A DNA stretch of 64,000 nucleotides from Vicugna vicugna. Taxonomy: Eukaryota. Positions 1 to 11,605 of this stretch are shown one piece after another. Every line of letters begins with the position of its first letter. Positions within the stretch are counted from its first letter, which is position 1. Where the stretch lies: positions 124,001-188,000 of the forward strand of contig MU058645.1 of NCBI GenBank assembly GCA_013265495.1. Direction: 5' to 3'. Under the pieces are notes generated by a model. That model was not told where the DNA came from and ran no database searches. It saw only the letters and a program-made list of their open reading frames with translations. The translations under genes and the position numbers were made by a program.

Positions 1-608
1 GAGCAAAACTTTATGGAAAAGGATTATTTCTTTGGGTCCTCTTTATGTGTTATTAAATTTTAAACTTCTGCGCTTCCACTCAAACTGTGGGACACAATGA
101 ATCATGAAAAAAATGTTATACAAATAGTTTATTTTTCAAATAATGTTTAGATACAGCTAATAAAAATCATATACCTAGTAGATGAATTTGATTATATTAT
201 TACACATATTTGCTATGATTGAACATTAACTTGATATCAGATGTATAAATTAAATTAAATATTACAATTGTATTACATCCTTTTGTTGCAATATTGTTAC
301 ATACCTATTTATATAAAATTATACTTTTAACTTATACTTTGTCTCTGCGGAAAAAAATTATAAATATAATTTTTCCAGAAATTATTGAAATTTTGTAGAA
401 AATTGCCAGCCTTGAATTCCAAAAAATTAGACTTTTAAACAAATTATATTTACTATTTAAAATAAAATGACTGAGAATCTTTAAATTTTCAAAATTAAAT
501 ATCTCAAAACTTTTGAAAATATTACATATTTTGTACTGATGGAGAAGTTATTTTTATTTTAACATAAAATAAAAATGTAATCCTCACTTGGTACTACAAA
601 GCTTTGAA

Positions 609-643
609 ACACACAAACACACACACACATACACACACACACA
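609..643 (+). repeat. (CA)n microsatellite, interrupted
   Basis: acacacaaacacacacacacatacacacacacaca read directly. Confidence 0.95.
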
Positions 644-899
644 GAAAGATATAAGGAGACAGAGAGAGTTTCTGAGGAGGATTTTAGTGTCAAGGTAAAT
701 AAATTGGTATCAGAGCTTTCCCTGCTGTTACAGGATGTTGCAGGTGGAGGCACATTTTCCCTTCTCCTGTGACAACTAGTGACATTAACACGGTCAAAAA
801 AGGAGACATTTTAAAAGATATGTGAGGTCTCGTTAACTGAGAGGATCAGAAAGACTATAATGTCCAGTAGAAAAATGTTTTTTCTAAGTAAACTGAATC

Positions 900-2440
900 A
901 ATGGAAATTTATTTTCTTTCAGAAAATTTCTTGACTCAGGGAGCAGGCTAAGAACCAGGCTTGCGGTGGGCAGAAGATCACTGAAGAAAGCAATGAAGTT
1001 CTGAAGGACACCTGGGCTGACACAATGGATTGAAATTAGAGGAACTCCAAATGCACGCTCCTGTTTCCTTTGCAGAATGTTTGATGGAAGCTGAGACAAA
1101 TGCGAACCTTGAGAATGGACTGAAATACAGATTTAATCATCTTCAGTGTTCACAGTGCTTAGAAAACGAAGTCTCAATAAAGAGGCTCAATTTCAACACA
1201 TTTGAAACTGAAATCCAGTCTGAATGCAACAAAATTCATTACTGTATTGACTTGATCAGCCCCCTCATCCAATCTGTCTAATAAACAAATGAGAAAAACC
1301 GTATCTATGGAGAAATAATATTGATTTTCTTCTCTACAGTTTATTAAAACATAAGGCCCACTTTAAGTAATTACAAGAAATGTAAAGATGTAGGAAAACA
1401 TAACGTGTAACTAAGCAAAAAACAAGTAATAGAAGCCAATCCACTGTTGACTTAGAAGTTAGCAGGCAATGACTTTAAAGTAGCTAATGTAAACTTGTCT
1501 TAATACAGAGACAAATACAGAAAAGAGAATTTAATGAGGAGTTGGAATCTACAAAAAAGGATCAAAAGAACACTCTACAGCTAAATAATAAAACATATAA
1601 AATTAAGACTTCATTGGGTGGTTTTAACAGCAGGCTGGACACAATTTTAAGCAAAATTAGTAAAATGAAAGACAAATAGAAAATATACAAATTAAAGCAC
1701 CAAAAGGAGAAATAAAAGAAAAATTATAGATAGAACAACATATAAGAAATGGATAAACATGGTTAAATGGTCTCATATACGTACATTTGGAGGCTGAGAA
1801 CTAGACTAAAACAAAAGCAAAAACTGAATACCAAAAGGTTGAGAATTTTCCAATAATGATCAAATATATCAATGTTAAATCTATATAGAATAAATACGAA
1901 GAAAAACTTATCTAGGCACATTATAGTCAAAGTGCTGAACGTGGAAGTTAAAACTCAGGAAGAAACGAAGAGTAGAAAACGCAAACGAGGATAAACATTA
2001 AAGAATGCTGATTTTAAACAAAAAAATAACTGTATCTATTTGGATTTATAACAGGTGTATAAATAAACCACACAACAACATTGACACAAAGACCCAAACC
2101 AGGTAAATATATTTAAACTGTTATATGACACTTGTACTAATCTAGATATGGGAAAGACAATTATTTAGGAAATAACTGAATAAGATAAAGTATAGATTTC
2201 ATTGTCTAGACTCTTAATTAGAAATTAATACAAAAAAGTTATAAAAACAACACTAATAGAAAAGACATAATGAAATGATTAAACACACTAGATTATTCCA
2301 AAAGAGCACAGGAAAGGAGGACTAAAGACAAAGGCTGAATAGGACAAATGTCAAACCAATAGGAAGCTGAAAAAAATTAAAGGAAACAATAATTATATTA
2401 AATGAAAGTGAAATATGTACTTCACATTGGAAAATTAAAC
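900..2440 (+). mobile_element. Ancient L1M (L1ME/HAL1-like) 5' region and ORF1 relic
   Basis: A-rich sequence with L1 ORF1-like remnants (ggttttaacagcaggctggacac, gagaattttccaa, tctaggcacattatagtcaaa); no intact ORF; boundaries approximate. Confidence 0.55.
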
Positions 2441-2509
2441 ATCGTTCTCCTAATTAATAAACCTATTTAGGAGTTTGTAAGTTTGCCGGTTAAAATGAGA
2501 ACTGTGGTA

Positions 2510-2950
2510 ACCTTTACGACAGGTTGATGAAATGCAGTGTTTTGAGGCTATCCAAAGCAGCAGCCCAACAGAGGAGATTGAGAATGAGGAACCTGGGAGA
2601 CCGGGAAGAAAAGTCAGAAAATGCAGTCTCACGGTGGCTGACAAAGGAGAGTGTTTAAGAAGGAAGGAGATTCCAGAAGTGCTCAATTCTGCTGAGAGAT
2701 GAACAAGGACAGAACAGGACAGGGATTTGAAGTAATGATCCATTCTTTTGTATCTTTATAAAGGACATTCTTTGTGGATTTGAGGAGAAAAGTACATGAG
2801 AAAACTGGAGAAAAATGAGAGGGGAGGACATGAAGAAGAAGTGCACTGGCGAGGCTCTTTAGAAGTTGGGAGTCTGGCTGTACAGACACAGCCAAGCCAC
2901 ATGGCACCAAGAGTTCATGAGAGTTGATGGAAGATTTTTGGTTTTGAATG
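2510..2950 (-). mobile_element. L2 fragment
   Basis: Purine-rich stretch resembling antisense L2 (gtgtttaagaaggaaggag...ctcaattctgctgagagatgaacaagg...ggatttgaag). Confidence 0.55.
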
Positions 2951-3079
2951 AGAAATAATACAGCATGTGTTTTTAAGTGATTTTTATTAAATTTTAATGT
3001 TCATTGAGAGAAATGTACAAATAGTAAGGGTCTAGGTAGAAAATTTCTAATGAAGTTAGGCATCAGAAACAACTCTTGT

Positions 3080-4660
3080 GGAAACAGCATTTCTTATGAA
3101 GACAGACACCATTTCAGAAAAACCCAGAAACATCTTTCTAGTTTCTTCCTGGTCATCACCTCTTACAAAAAAGGACAGCGTTTCCAGTTTCTATCACCAT
3201 CACTTAGTCTGGCATATTTTGGAACTTTATAGAGGAGAAATCACCATACAGCATGAGTTTATATATGTCTGACTTCTTTCTCACATTATTTTATTTGTGA
3301 AACTTCTTCATGTCACTCAGTGTAACAGTTCATTCCCTTTCATTGCTATACCGTATATGTATTTTTCAATAGACCACATTTTACCAGTGCATTCTATTTT
3401 GGTAGACATTATGTTGTTTCTGGTTTTGTTCAATAAAGAATAAGATGCTTACTATTCTCTAACATCTTTTTTGTAGAAAAATGCTTTCATTTCTTGTCAA
3501 TTAAATTTCCAGGTACAGAACAGCTGGTCAAAAGTTTGCATATGTGCAGCTTTAATAGATACTGCCAAAGTTTATTTCCAAAAAGTCACACCATCTTGCT
3601 TTCCTACTAAGAGTAGGAAGATTTCAACTTGGTAATATCTTTTTTTTTTCCATTTTAACAATTCTAAACGATGTGTAGAGGTTTCTTGTTACAGTTTTAA
3701 GTTGTATTTTCCTGATGGATTATGAAGTTGAATGCCCTTTCATGTATTTATTGTCCAATTGGAGATAGTCTATTGTGAAGGGCCTTACCACATCTTACTG
3801 AAAAGGCTGTTTTTTCACCTGCTTTCAGGCCTTCCCCCTTTGCTGCAGATCGGGTGGCCATGTTAATGTGTGACTGTGTCTGAACGTCCTTCCATTCCTC
3901 TGTCCTATTTGTCTACCCCCGTGCTAGGTTACTCTCTTAATGACTATAGCTGTGTAAGTCTTCATTTCTAATGGTGTAAGACCTCTACAGTTCTCCTTCT
4001 TATCTTGGACCTTTGCATTCCCATAAAAATGTTGGAATTGGCTGGTCAGTTTCCACACTCTTCCTGAAAAAAATCTCCTGGAATTTTGTTCTGTGTTGCT
4101 TTGAAATTATAGATCCTTTTGGGAACAATTACATCTTTCCAACATTGAAACTTCAGTGCATAAAATATGTCCATTCATATATTTAAGTCTTCTTCAGTTA
4201 TTCTTAGTAGTTCTTATTTTGTAAATTTCATAGAAGTTTTACATACATCATTTGTAGATTCATTGTGACATTACAGATTTTTGTGACACTGTTAATGGTG
4301 TTGATTAGTGTTTCAATTTATTTTATCCACTTTTATTTATTTAAATTTGTGTATTTCATTATATTTGCTCATTGCTACTATATAGAATTATACTTAATTT
4401 TTATATTGAACTTGTATCCAGTGATATGATTAAATTCACATATGAATTATTGTAATTTACCTGCAGTGTTTTGATATCTTTGTCCACAAACACTTCATGT
4501 GAGAATAATGACAGTTTATTTTGTCCCTTTCTGTACCTTACCATATTGTTATCTTCTCTGATATTGGTTAGTTTTCTTTCAGCTACCAGGAATTGAGATG
4601 TTTTGAATTGGAGTTTCAGACTTTGTGAGCGCGAGTGTATTTTCTCTTGGCTCCTTCTGT
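3080..4660 (-). mobile_element. Old L1M 3' end/ORF2 fragments
   Basis: Antisense L1 motifs: tctgacttctttctcac, ggtagacattatgttgtttctggttttg, ttgcattcccataaaaatgttggaattggctggtcagtttcc, tttttatattgaacttgtatcc. Confidence 0.7.
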
Positions 4661-4830
4661 CAGGGAAGAGCCACTCAGAGATCTCAACAGAAAGCTTAGG
4701 GTGTTTATAAGGCCCCTCCTCTTCCAATGGCTCTGAACTCCGCTTTTTGTCTCTCTAGTCCTGCGAGAAGGACGAAAGCTCTGCTCAGGTTTCTAGCTTC
4801 TAAGCAGCAGGTTTCTCCTTGGTTTCTCAA

Positions 4831-5005
4831 TCACTGATCCTTGAGCGTTTTGGATCTGGAGGTGGCCTCGGAGGCAAAAGCGTTGGGGGGCACAGGTGCT
4901 GTGTGTGCTGGGGGTGGTGCTCTAACAGGAGGAGGAGGAGGAGCCGTGCAAGCAGGCAGGTGCACAGCTGTATCGGTGACCAACCAGATGGTTCCATTGA
5001 CTACT
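4831..5005 (-). CDS. Candidate terminal coding exon (exon 3) of a hypothetical proline-rich microprotein
   Basis: Minus-strand acceptor cctccccttcctttattgggaatAG at 5006-5007. Open frame VVNGTIWLVTDTAVHLPACTAPPPPPVRAPPP...DQ*, in frame with the 5591-5625 exon. No recognised homolog. Confidence 0.25.
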
Positions 5006-5590
5006 CTATTCCCAATAAAGGAAGGGGAGGTCATCAATGGGGAATGGGAGGGTAGAGTGGACACCAGATAAAGTGAGGGTTCAAGAGAGTTTGAACAGAA
5101 AGAATAAGGTTGAGAACCCGTAATCTTTAAAAGTCAGAAAATGCATTTAATACAAAAGACTGGTGAATTGCCAGACAAGTTACCTAACTTTTGTAAGGCA
5201 GGTTTCTCCCCTGCTTTATTTATCCAGCCCATCTTGAGGACTGATGTAGGCTCTGAAAAGCAATGTCTATAAAAAGTCTTTAAAAAGCTGCAAAGTATTT
5301 TTAAAAATATTAAGGTAATAATAAAAATCACGATTAATAAGAGAAAAGTATGGGATTTGAGAAATGTCAAGGAAAACAGAATGGTGATCACACCTAAATT
5401 TTTATCATCTGCCTTGAGAGCTATATGGAGACCTGACCCAGCACCCGTGTCTTGGGAGGAGCCAAATTTTCTGTGTGCAGTGACGACTCAGTGCAGGGGT
5501 CAAACCAGGGTCCTGCTGGTGTACCAGGAAAGGGGTTTGGACCCTAAGCTCTTGGGTGTAATTTTAAGAGACCATCTGTTACTAACTTAC

Positions 5591-5625
5591 TTTTTGCAGT
5601 TAGAGCATCTGAACATTCTGCACCT
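5591..5625 (-). other. Candidate 35-nt internal exon
   Basis: Strong acceptor ttttttcaccttgtctctgcttcAG (5626-5627) and donor AA|GTAAGT (5590-5585); encodes RCRMFRCSNCK plus 2 nt. Confidence 0.45.
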
Positions 5626-5739
5626 CTGAAGCAGAGACAAGGTGAAAAAACAAGCGCTGAGATTCATTACTGGTATTATGGTTACTGTATGTTTTAATAA
5701 ATGCGGACTCTCAATCCACTGTCCCCAGAGGGACTCTGC

Positions 5740-6760
5740 AATCACGAGGCATTCCGCCAAGCAGTCGTGTTTTATTCGTGAGGCTGCTTTGCTTACGTTA
5801 AAAGAAACGGAAGAGCTGTTCCCGCCGCATCCTGCACCCAGCCTCGCAGAGCAGCTGTGGCCTTTCAGCCCTGCTTCCCTGGCCCTTCCTCCTGGAGGCT
5901 GACGACGTCCGGCCCGTCCCTCGCTGGCCTCCCCGGCCTCCCCCGCCCCGCCTGCGCGAGCCGCTGGGGCCATGGAAGGGCCCGGCACTTCCTGGCAGTT
6001 TCCAGTCACGCCCCTGGTACCCAGGCAGCAGGGTCAGTTAGCGCTTTCGGCGGGGCATGTGCGTGGCTGGGGAAGGGCTGGTGGGCGGGGAGGGGGGAGG
6101 GGGAGGGCTGCGGCCTTCCCCGCTGGTGGTGGGTGAACTGACAGCTGCTGGGACGGTACTTACTGAGCACCTACAATCTGTGACGTTTGTGCTTCTATGA
6201 AACCTCCAGCAACTCAGTGGAGTATAAAGGATGGTTACACCCCATCAATAATTTTAATTGCCTGAAGAAACAAGCCATGTGCACATAAAGCAATTTTAAT
6301 AATGAAAATTCACATCGTACAGAAGTTGATAGTTTGCAAAGAACATCAATCTCATAGGAGCCTCGTGAAACTTCGGGAAGGTAAGTGCCAGAGAGTTCCA
6401 CAACCTCCACTCCAGGGGACTGAGAAACTGAGTCTCAGAGCTGCGCAGACCAGCAAGCGGCTGAGCGGCGGCTTCGGTTGCTTGTAGATGGCACCCTCGC
6501 CCCCGGATTTGCGTGGCAGCGGGGTCAGTGCACCCCCAAAGCAGCACGTGCAGAGACCCAGCCGTGGGACTGAGCTCGTGTCGGGCAGGAACTACTGTCT
6601 CCTGAGACTCAGAGCAACACAACTTTGTAAAAGGAGTTTGGACCTGAACTCAGAAGAGGGTGCGGGCGCAGGCTTGGGAGAAACAGGTTGGAGAGGATAT
6701 TCTAATTCAGAACACTGCAGACCTGAGCTTTCACTCAAGGCGGTGCCACGTTCTCCATGA
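5740..6760. promoter_or_regulatory. CpG-island-like, probably bidirectional promoter
   Basis: High GC/CpG against an AT-rich background. GC boxes at 5941-5952 and 6083-6090, ETS motif CACTTCCTG 5986-5994, MYB-like TGGCAGTT 5993-6000 and GTCAGTTA 6033-6040, G-run tract 6083-6107. Splice donors face outward on both strands (minus 5796; plus AAG|GTAAGT 6380/6381). Confidence 0.7.
5797..5973 (-). other. Candidate first exon (ATG at 5973) of the minus-strand transcript
   Basis: ccATGg start inside the CpG island, 59 open codons, donor AAC|GTAAGC at 5796; phase 0 matches the next exon. Confidence 0.3.
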
Positions 6761-9489
6761 GGAGCTCAGGACTCAGCCCCCACGGAGCAGAGGTCTGGGT
6801 TCTGGGCGCAGTAGATACAAAATTGGGAATGAAAACAGGGGGCAAATGGAGATAAGCAGACACTGGGAGTCGTTGCTAGGATAATCAGGGAGGCCGCACT
6901 GTCCAAAAGGTTTAGTTCTACTTATCGAAAGGCTCATTTCATTCAAACGTTTGGCAAAATCGTGGTTGATTTTATGGTGTCTTACACCAATCCTGATACA
7001 TTGTTTCTATTTATAACTTTCATTAAAAAATATTTTGAATCTTCACCCTAGTAGAGCTGTAACTGTAGTCAAATCTAAAAAAATGGACCCCCTATTTCTC
7101 CATGTGTTTAGGTTAGAAAGATGCAGCTAAGCCTTGCAACTGGCCCCATGCATTTTCCCTTCCACAATTTGGCAAAACTGTAGCAACCTCCCCTCAAATG
7201 CTGGCCTCTGTCCTTGTCTGAGCACAATGGAAGCTTTCACATTTCTGCCAAAAAGCTTATTCACAATTATGCAATCCTTTCTGGAAGCTTCCCACGGAAA
7301 GTCACACAGAGTGATGCAGGCACCCCGTTTGTCTGGGTTCCTGCCGGGAGGTAGCAATTTAACGAAAACAAGGAAGCCGGACCACATCGTGAGTCAGATT
7401 TTAACGTGCGAGCCCCGCATACTAAGTTGTTAACCATCCGCTCGTATCATTCACATTAATGAAAACGCGGTCAGTCTAACATTCTAAATGCACTTAATGT
7501 TAAAAGCACTCTTCATTCCCACACCGACCAGATTATGTGCTAGTTTTTATCTTTTTTTTCTTGATCCTAAGATGATGGGTTAGAGAGAAATATGCTTCTT
7601 GTGCGCATACTGAAAAAAAATTCTTGCAAATAGCAATGAAATACCGTATTTCCACTCTAAAATATTTAACATTATTCAGAGGAACGTATTTAAATGAGAC
7701 CAGCAATGAAGCATAAAATATTCCGTTCCCCAACACAGCAGTGTGCTCTCTCTTTGTTTTGGTAACTTCCTTCTAGAAGGTGCATTCAGATGAAAAGTTC
7801 AACCCCTTTAGATTTGCTGGCTGTTTACTGTAATATATTTCAATAATCATGTAATTAGCTCATCACCTCTCGCACGTTCACTATTTCCCTCCTAGGTACT
7901 TGTGTTGTTGACTTGAGGGACTTTATGAAGTTCTGTGTACAGAATTAATAAGTGGAATAATTTATCTCTTTGCTGTTCGCAAAAAGCCACTGTGACTTGG
8001 AACAGCTTTCTCCTCTCTGCAGTCAGGACACTGCGGGTGCTGTGGTCCTTGGCTGGTACTGCTTCCAGGAACCAATTTAGAATATAGTTCACTCTATTCT
8101 GTTACATTTTGATTTCTTAACCCGTAGATTTTGTATTTGAAGCCATTTCTAAGAAACTTCCTGTCAAGGATTTTAAATTACTAATCAAAGTCATGCTATG
8201 TAACACACAAACTGGTGCAGATCTGAGACTGAGAAAAAACGAGAGGACACTTTTGACATTTTTCTTGAAGAGATGATGACAAAAGTAAATAAGGAGTTCT
8301 ACAATTGTAAATGAAAATAGACAAATTCTCCGTCTCCTTAGTACTCTCTCTCTCTTTCTCTGTCCTCCATTCCAGCTCCTTTTCTTCCTTCTTTTTTACA
8401 TGTGAGAAGGTAAGCAGAAATGACTATCATGAAAATACTGCCAGAGACACACAAGGGAGCAAGCAGCTGTGCGGATTCAAAAAGATGGATGAAGGGACAG
8501 GTGGATACTTCCTTTGAATGAGATGAGGGTCTCAACAGGTAGAGGCAGTTTCCTAGAGATGGGAGAGGGGGACTAAACAAATGTGCCCATGGTTGAGGCT
8601 TTAGGCAGTAAGATAGTGTTATAAGTGAGTCATAAGACTACTAGAGAATTTAGTGGGAAAAATGCGTGTAGATTTACTAGGATTTTCCCCAAATCTGAGA
8701 AGTCAAACTAAGGAAGCACCAAGTAGTAGAAATAAAATTGAAACAGATCTCAGGTTAATTAAAAGAAGGACTTTGAAACAATCAAAACGTTTCTAAAAAT
8801 GTAATATATTTCCTCAGCACTAACACTCTTTCCGTGAATTGAGATGTTCAAATACAATTTACCATCATTTGCTGGGTTCATTTCAGAACAGACTCAGACA
8901 TTAGCTATGTGATTAGACAAAATTATCTAAAAGTTCTATTTTAATACTTAATCAATGGTTCTAAGCTTTCTTCTCTTTCTGTTTAATTTTTAGCTGTTAA
9001 AATAAACAGATACTATCTTTGCAAGTTTTACAAGACAGATGAAAGGATGGTCCTGATTGCACTTCAATGAAGCACTTTGTAGCTTGGAACATGACAGATT
9101 GGTGATGCTTGTCTGGCGCAATAAACAAAGTAAAGAGACCACTTCTGAGAACTGCATTTAGACCCATAATTACTGAAAACACAGATATGACAACTTTGCC
9201 AATATTTGATTTCCAAATTTGAGCAGATAATATTAGTGTGTCTTAATAGCTATAATGAGTGTATTCTGGTATGCTGATAAAAATAGAGGGAACAGGGCTT
9301 GAAATCAAGACAGGATTGAGATATGCATTAAAAATAGCTGAGATAATTAAATGAGAAAGGTACACAGAATCCTGGTGCAGTGACTATCTCATTATTGTTA
9401 TGACATTAATTTGATTATGACACCCCAAGCAGACAATCTTAATCTTCCTAATGCAAACAAAGAGGAAAAATTCCAATTCACATATCATT

Positions 9490-9830
9490 GTATTTTCATT
9501 TCTGTCCATTTGCACATATCATTTCATTTTTATTTTGAGGCTTTCCCTTTGATCCAATGGCTTGTTTAGAAGTGTGTGTTTAATTTCCAAGTGTCCGAGA
9601 TTTTCATGTTGTCTCTCTGTTACCAGCTTCCAGTTTGGTTCCTTTATGGTAGGAGAACACACTCTATATGGCTTGATTTCTTTTCAATGTGTTAAGGTTT
9701 GTTTTTATAAACCAGAATATGATCTTTCTTGGTGAATGTTCCAGGGATGTTTGAAAAAAATGTATTTTCTGCTGTGGCTGAGTGGAGTGTTCTAGAAAGG
9801 TCCATTAGAACCTGTGGATTGCTGGTTATT
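9490..9830 (-). mobile_element. Old L1 ORF2 fragment
   Basis: tttagaagtgtgtgtttaatttccaagtg, ggtgaatgttcca...tgtattttctgctgtggctgagtggagtgttcta, typical antisense L1M. Confidence 0.7.
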
Positions 9831-10128
9831 CACAAACTATTGAAAACCTCCTTGTTAAACCTTTTTTAATGCTTTATATTTTAGACCAACATTTTAAAGA
9901 CCCATTATTTAACTTTCATTAAAAAATGCAAGTTACATTGCATTCTATATAGAAGTTTAATATAGTCTTAATTATAGTGTAGATTCCCACACAGGTCTCT
10001 CTCAAGCCTTTTCAAAGGCTTTTAATGGTTGCTTAAAGGATTCCATTGTTGTGAACAAAGGATTCCATTATAAAATGGTAAAATAAATGTAGAATTAGGA
10101 GATGCTAACACATTTCTTTACCACAGTA

Positions 10129-10486
10129 TGCAGGCCCCCGCCTGGAGGCCCTAGAGAATAAGCCATGGGCTGAACTGATAAACAAACTGTGAGAAATGTC
10201 ACGTAGCCGGCTGGATAAGAGGTGGCCTACTTAATGAAGTTTTGTGACGAACTTTGAAACAATCTGTCCTTGATCATGTAACATCCTGTGCTTACTGAAG
10301 GAGCCTGGGAACCTGGTGCCTGGGAACCGAAATGGCTTAAGATTATTAACATTGTTATAACTTAAATGGTATGTGAGGCTTCCTGCATGTCCTATATAAA
10401 CCCTTTTATGAGAATCAATAAACAGAGTAGCCATCAGCTCTCTCCGCATACGGTGTGTATGTGCACATGATATCGCGACACTGACA
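10129..10486 (+). mobile_element. Solo ERV LTR (358 bp), family not identified
   Basis: Begins TGCAG and ends CTGACA; exact 5-bp TSD CAGTA at 10124-10128 and 10487-10491; TATATAAA ~10393 followed by AATAAA ~10417. Confidence 0.8.
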
Positions 10487-11169
10487 CAGTAACTTTTCCA
10501 AACCATTAACATGCTAATATTAACATTAATGTGAAGAGGTCGACTGAGGCTGTGTGTCTCCTACCGTAGCGTCTGTAGCTTATCTCTCACTTGGGATGGG
10601 TCATTCCCTTACACCCAGTCTATCAGGTACCTAGAAATGGCATCACTGGGTCAGTGGGCAACCTCCTTGCTTTTTATGAGGGGAGGAGATGGGGAGAGGA
10701 TCTGAAAAGACAGACAGATGATAACAATGTCCATGCTGGGTGAAGGGTGTGGCCAACGTCTGCACCTCATTGTTCCTTGGTAAGAAGAGCTGGCTGAAGT
10801 CAAAGTCTGTGGATGCCACGTCATGTGGATCACCTCCAGGAGTCGTGCTGCCCCCCAGGTTCTCTGAAATGTCTTGCTCTTACCTGCCTATAACCTCCAG
10901 ATGTCTTTCTCCTGTCTTGCCATCCAGAGGGCTCTCCTTCCCTGTCAATTGCAGCTGGCCAAGAACCAAACAGCAAGTTACACGCTCTTTCTCCTTCTTT
11001 TTCTTTTTTGCTTCAAGTGTGACAAGTGGGAGATTAGGAAAGGAATAAAAACATCACTGAGGCCTCACCTATGCCTGTGAGAGCGGCTGCTGCCCTCCAG
11101 AGACCTATACTGTGTGAAGCTGTCTACGTTCTGAGTGCATTTGATGCATTTGACAATGTAAAAGCTCGT

Positions 11170-11605
11170 AATTGCCACAGAGGTACCTCAGAATGAAGCA
11201 GCTCCAAACTCAGTGATGTATAAGCGCCTCTGCTCATGTTCCTGAATATGCAGGTCGTTCGGCTGACCTAGGAAGTGTTCCTCCGGCTAAGCCCTACTTC
11301 AGGTGGCTGGTTTCCTCCACTTCGTTTCGGCTGTAACTGGCTCAGGTGTTTTATCCAGGTGTTTGCCACTGGGCCTGGAGTGAAGATGCATCATCTCCCT
11401 GGGGTATGTCTTCCCATTTTAAGTGACCAGTACAAGAGCAAAGCCATACTGCACAGCATCCAGGGCCTCTGCTCACATCACCTCCCCTCACATTTCATTG
11501 ACCAAAGCAAGTGACAAGACCAAGCACCTGGCTGGCCACATGTCACATGATGGGCCAGGGAGAAGGTGGTGACTATCTACTGGGCAATAATCTAAACTAT
11601 CACAT
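11170..11605 (-). mobile_element. MaLR LTR (old MLT1-type)
   Basis: ctccaaactcagtgatg, cacatttcattgaccaaagcaagtgacaagaccaagc, aataatctaaactatcaca. Confidence 0.6.

Noticed and set aside
1..86. Minus-strand acceptor tgtgtcccacAG as the next coding exon of the 5.6-kb transcript
   Set aside because: Stops in all three frames within the visible sequence and truncated by the window edge.
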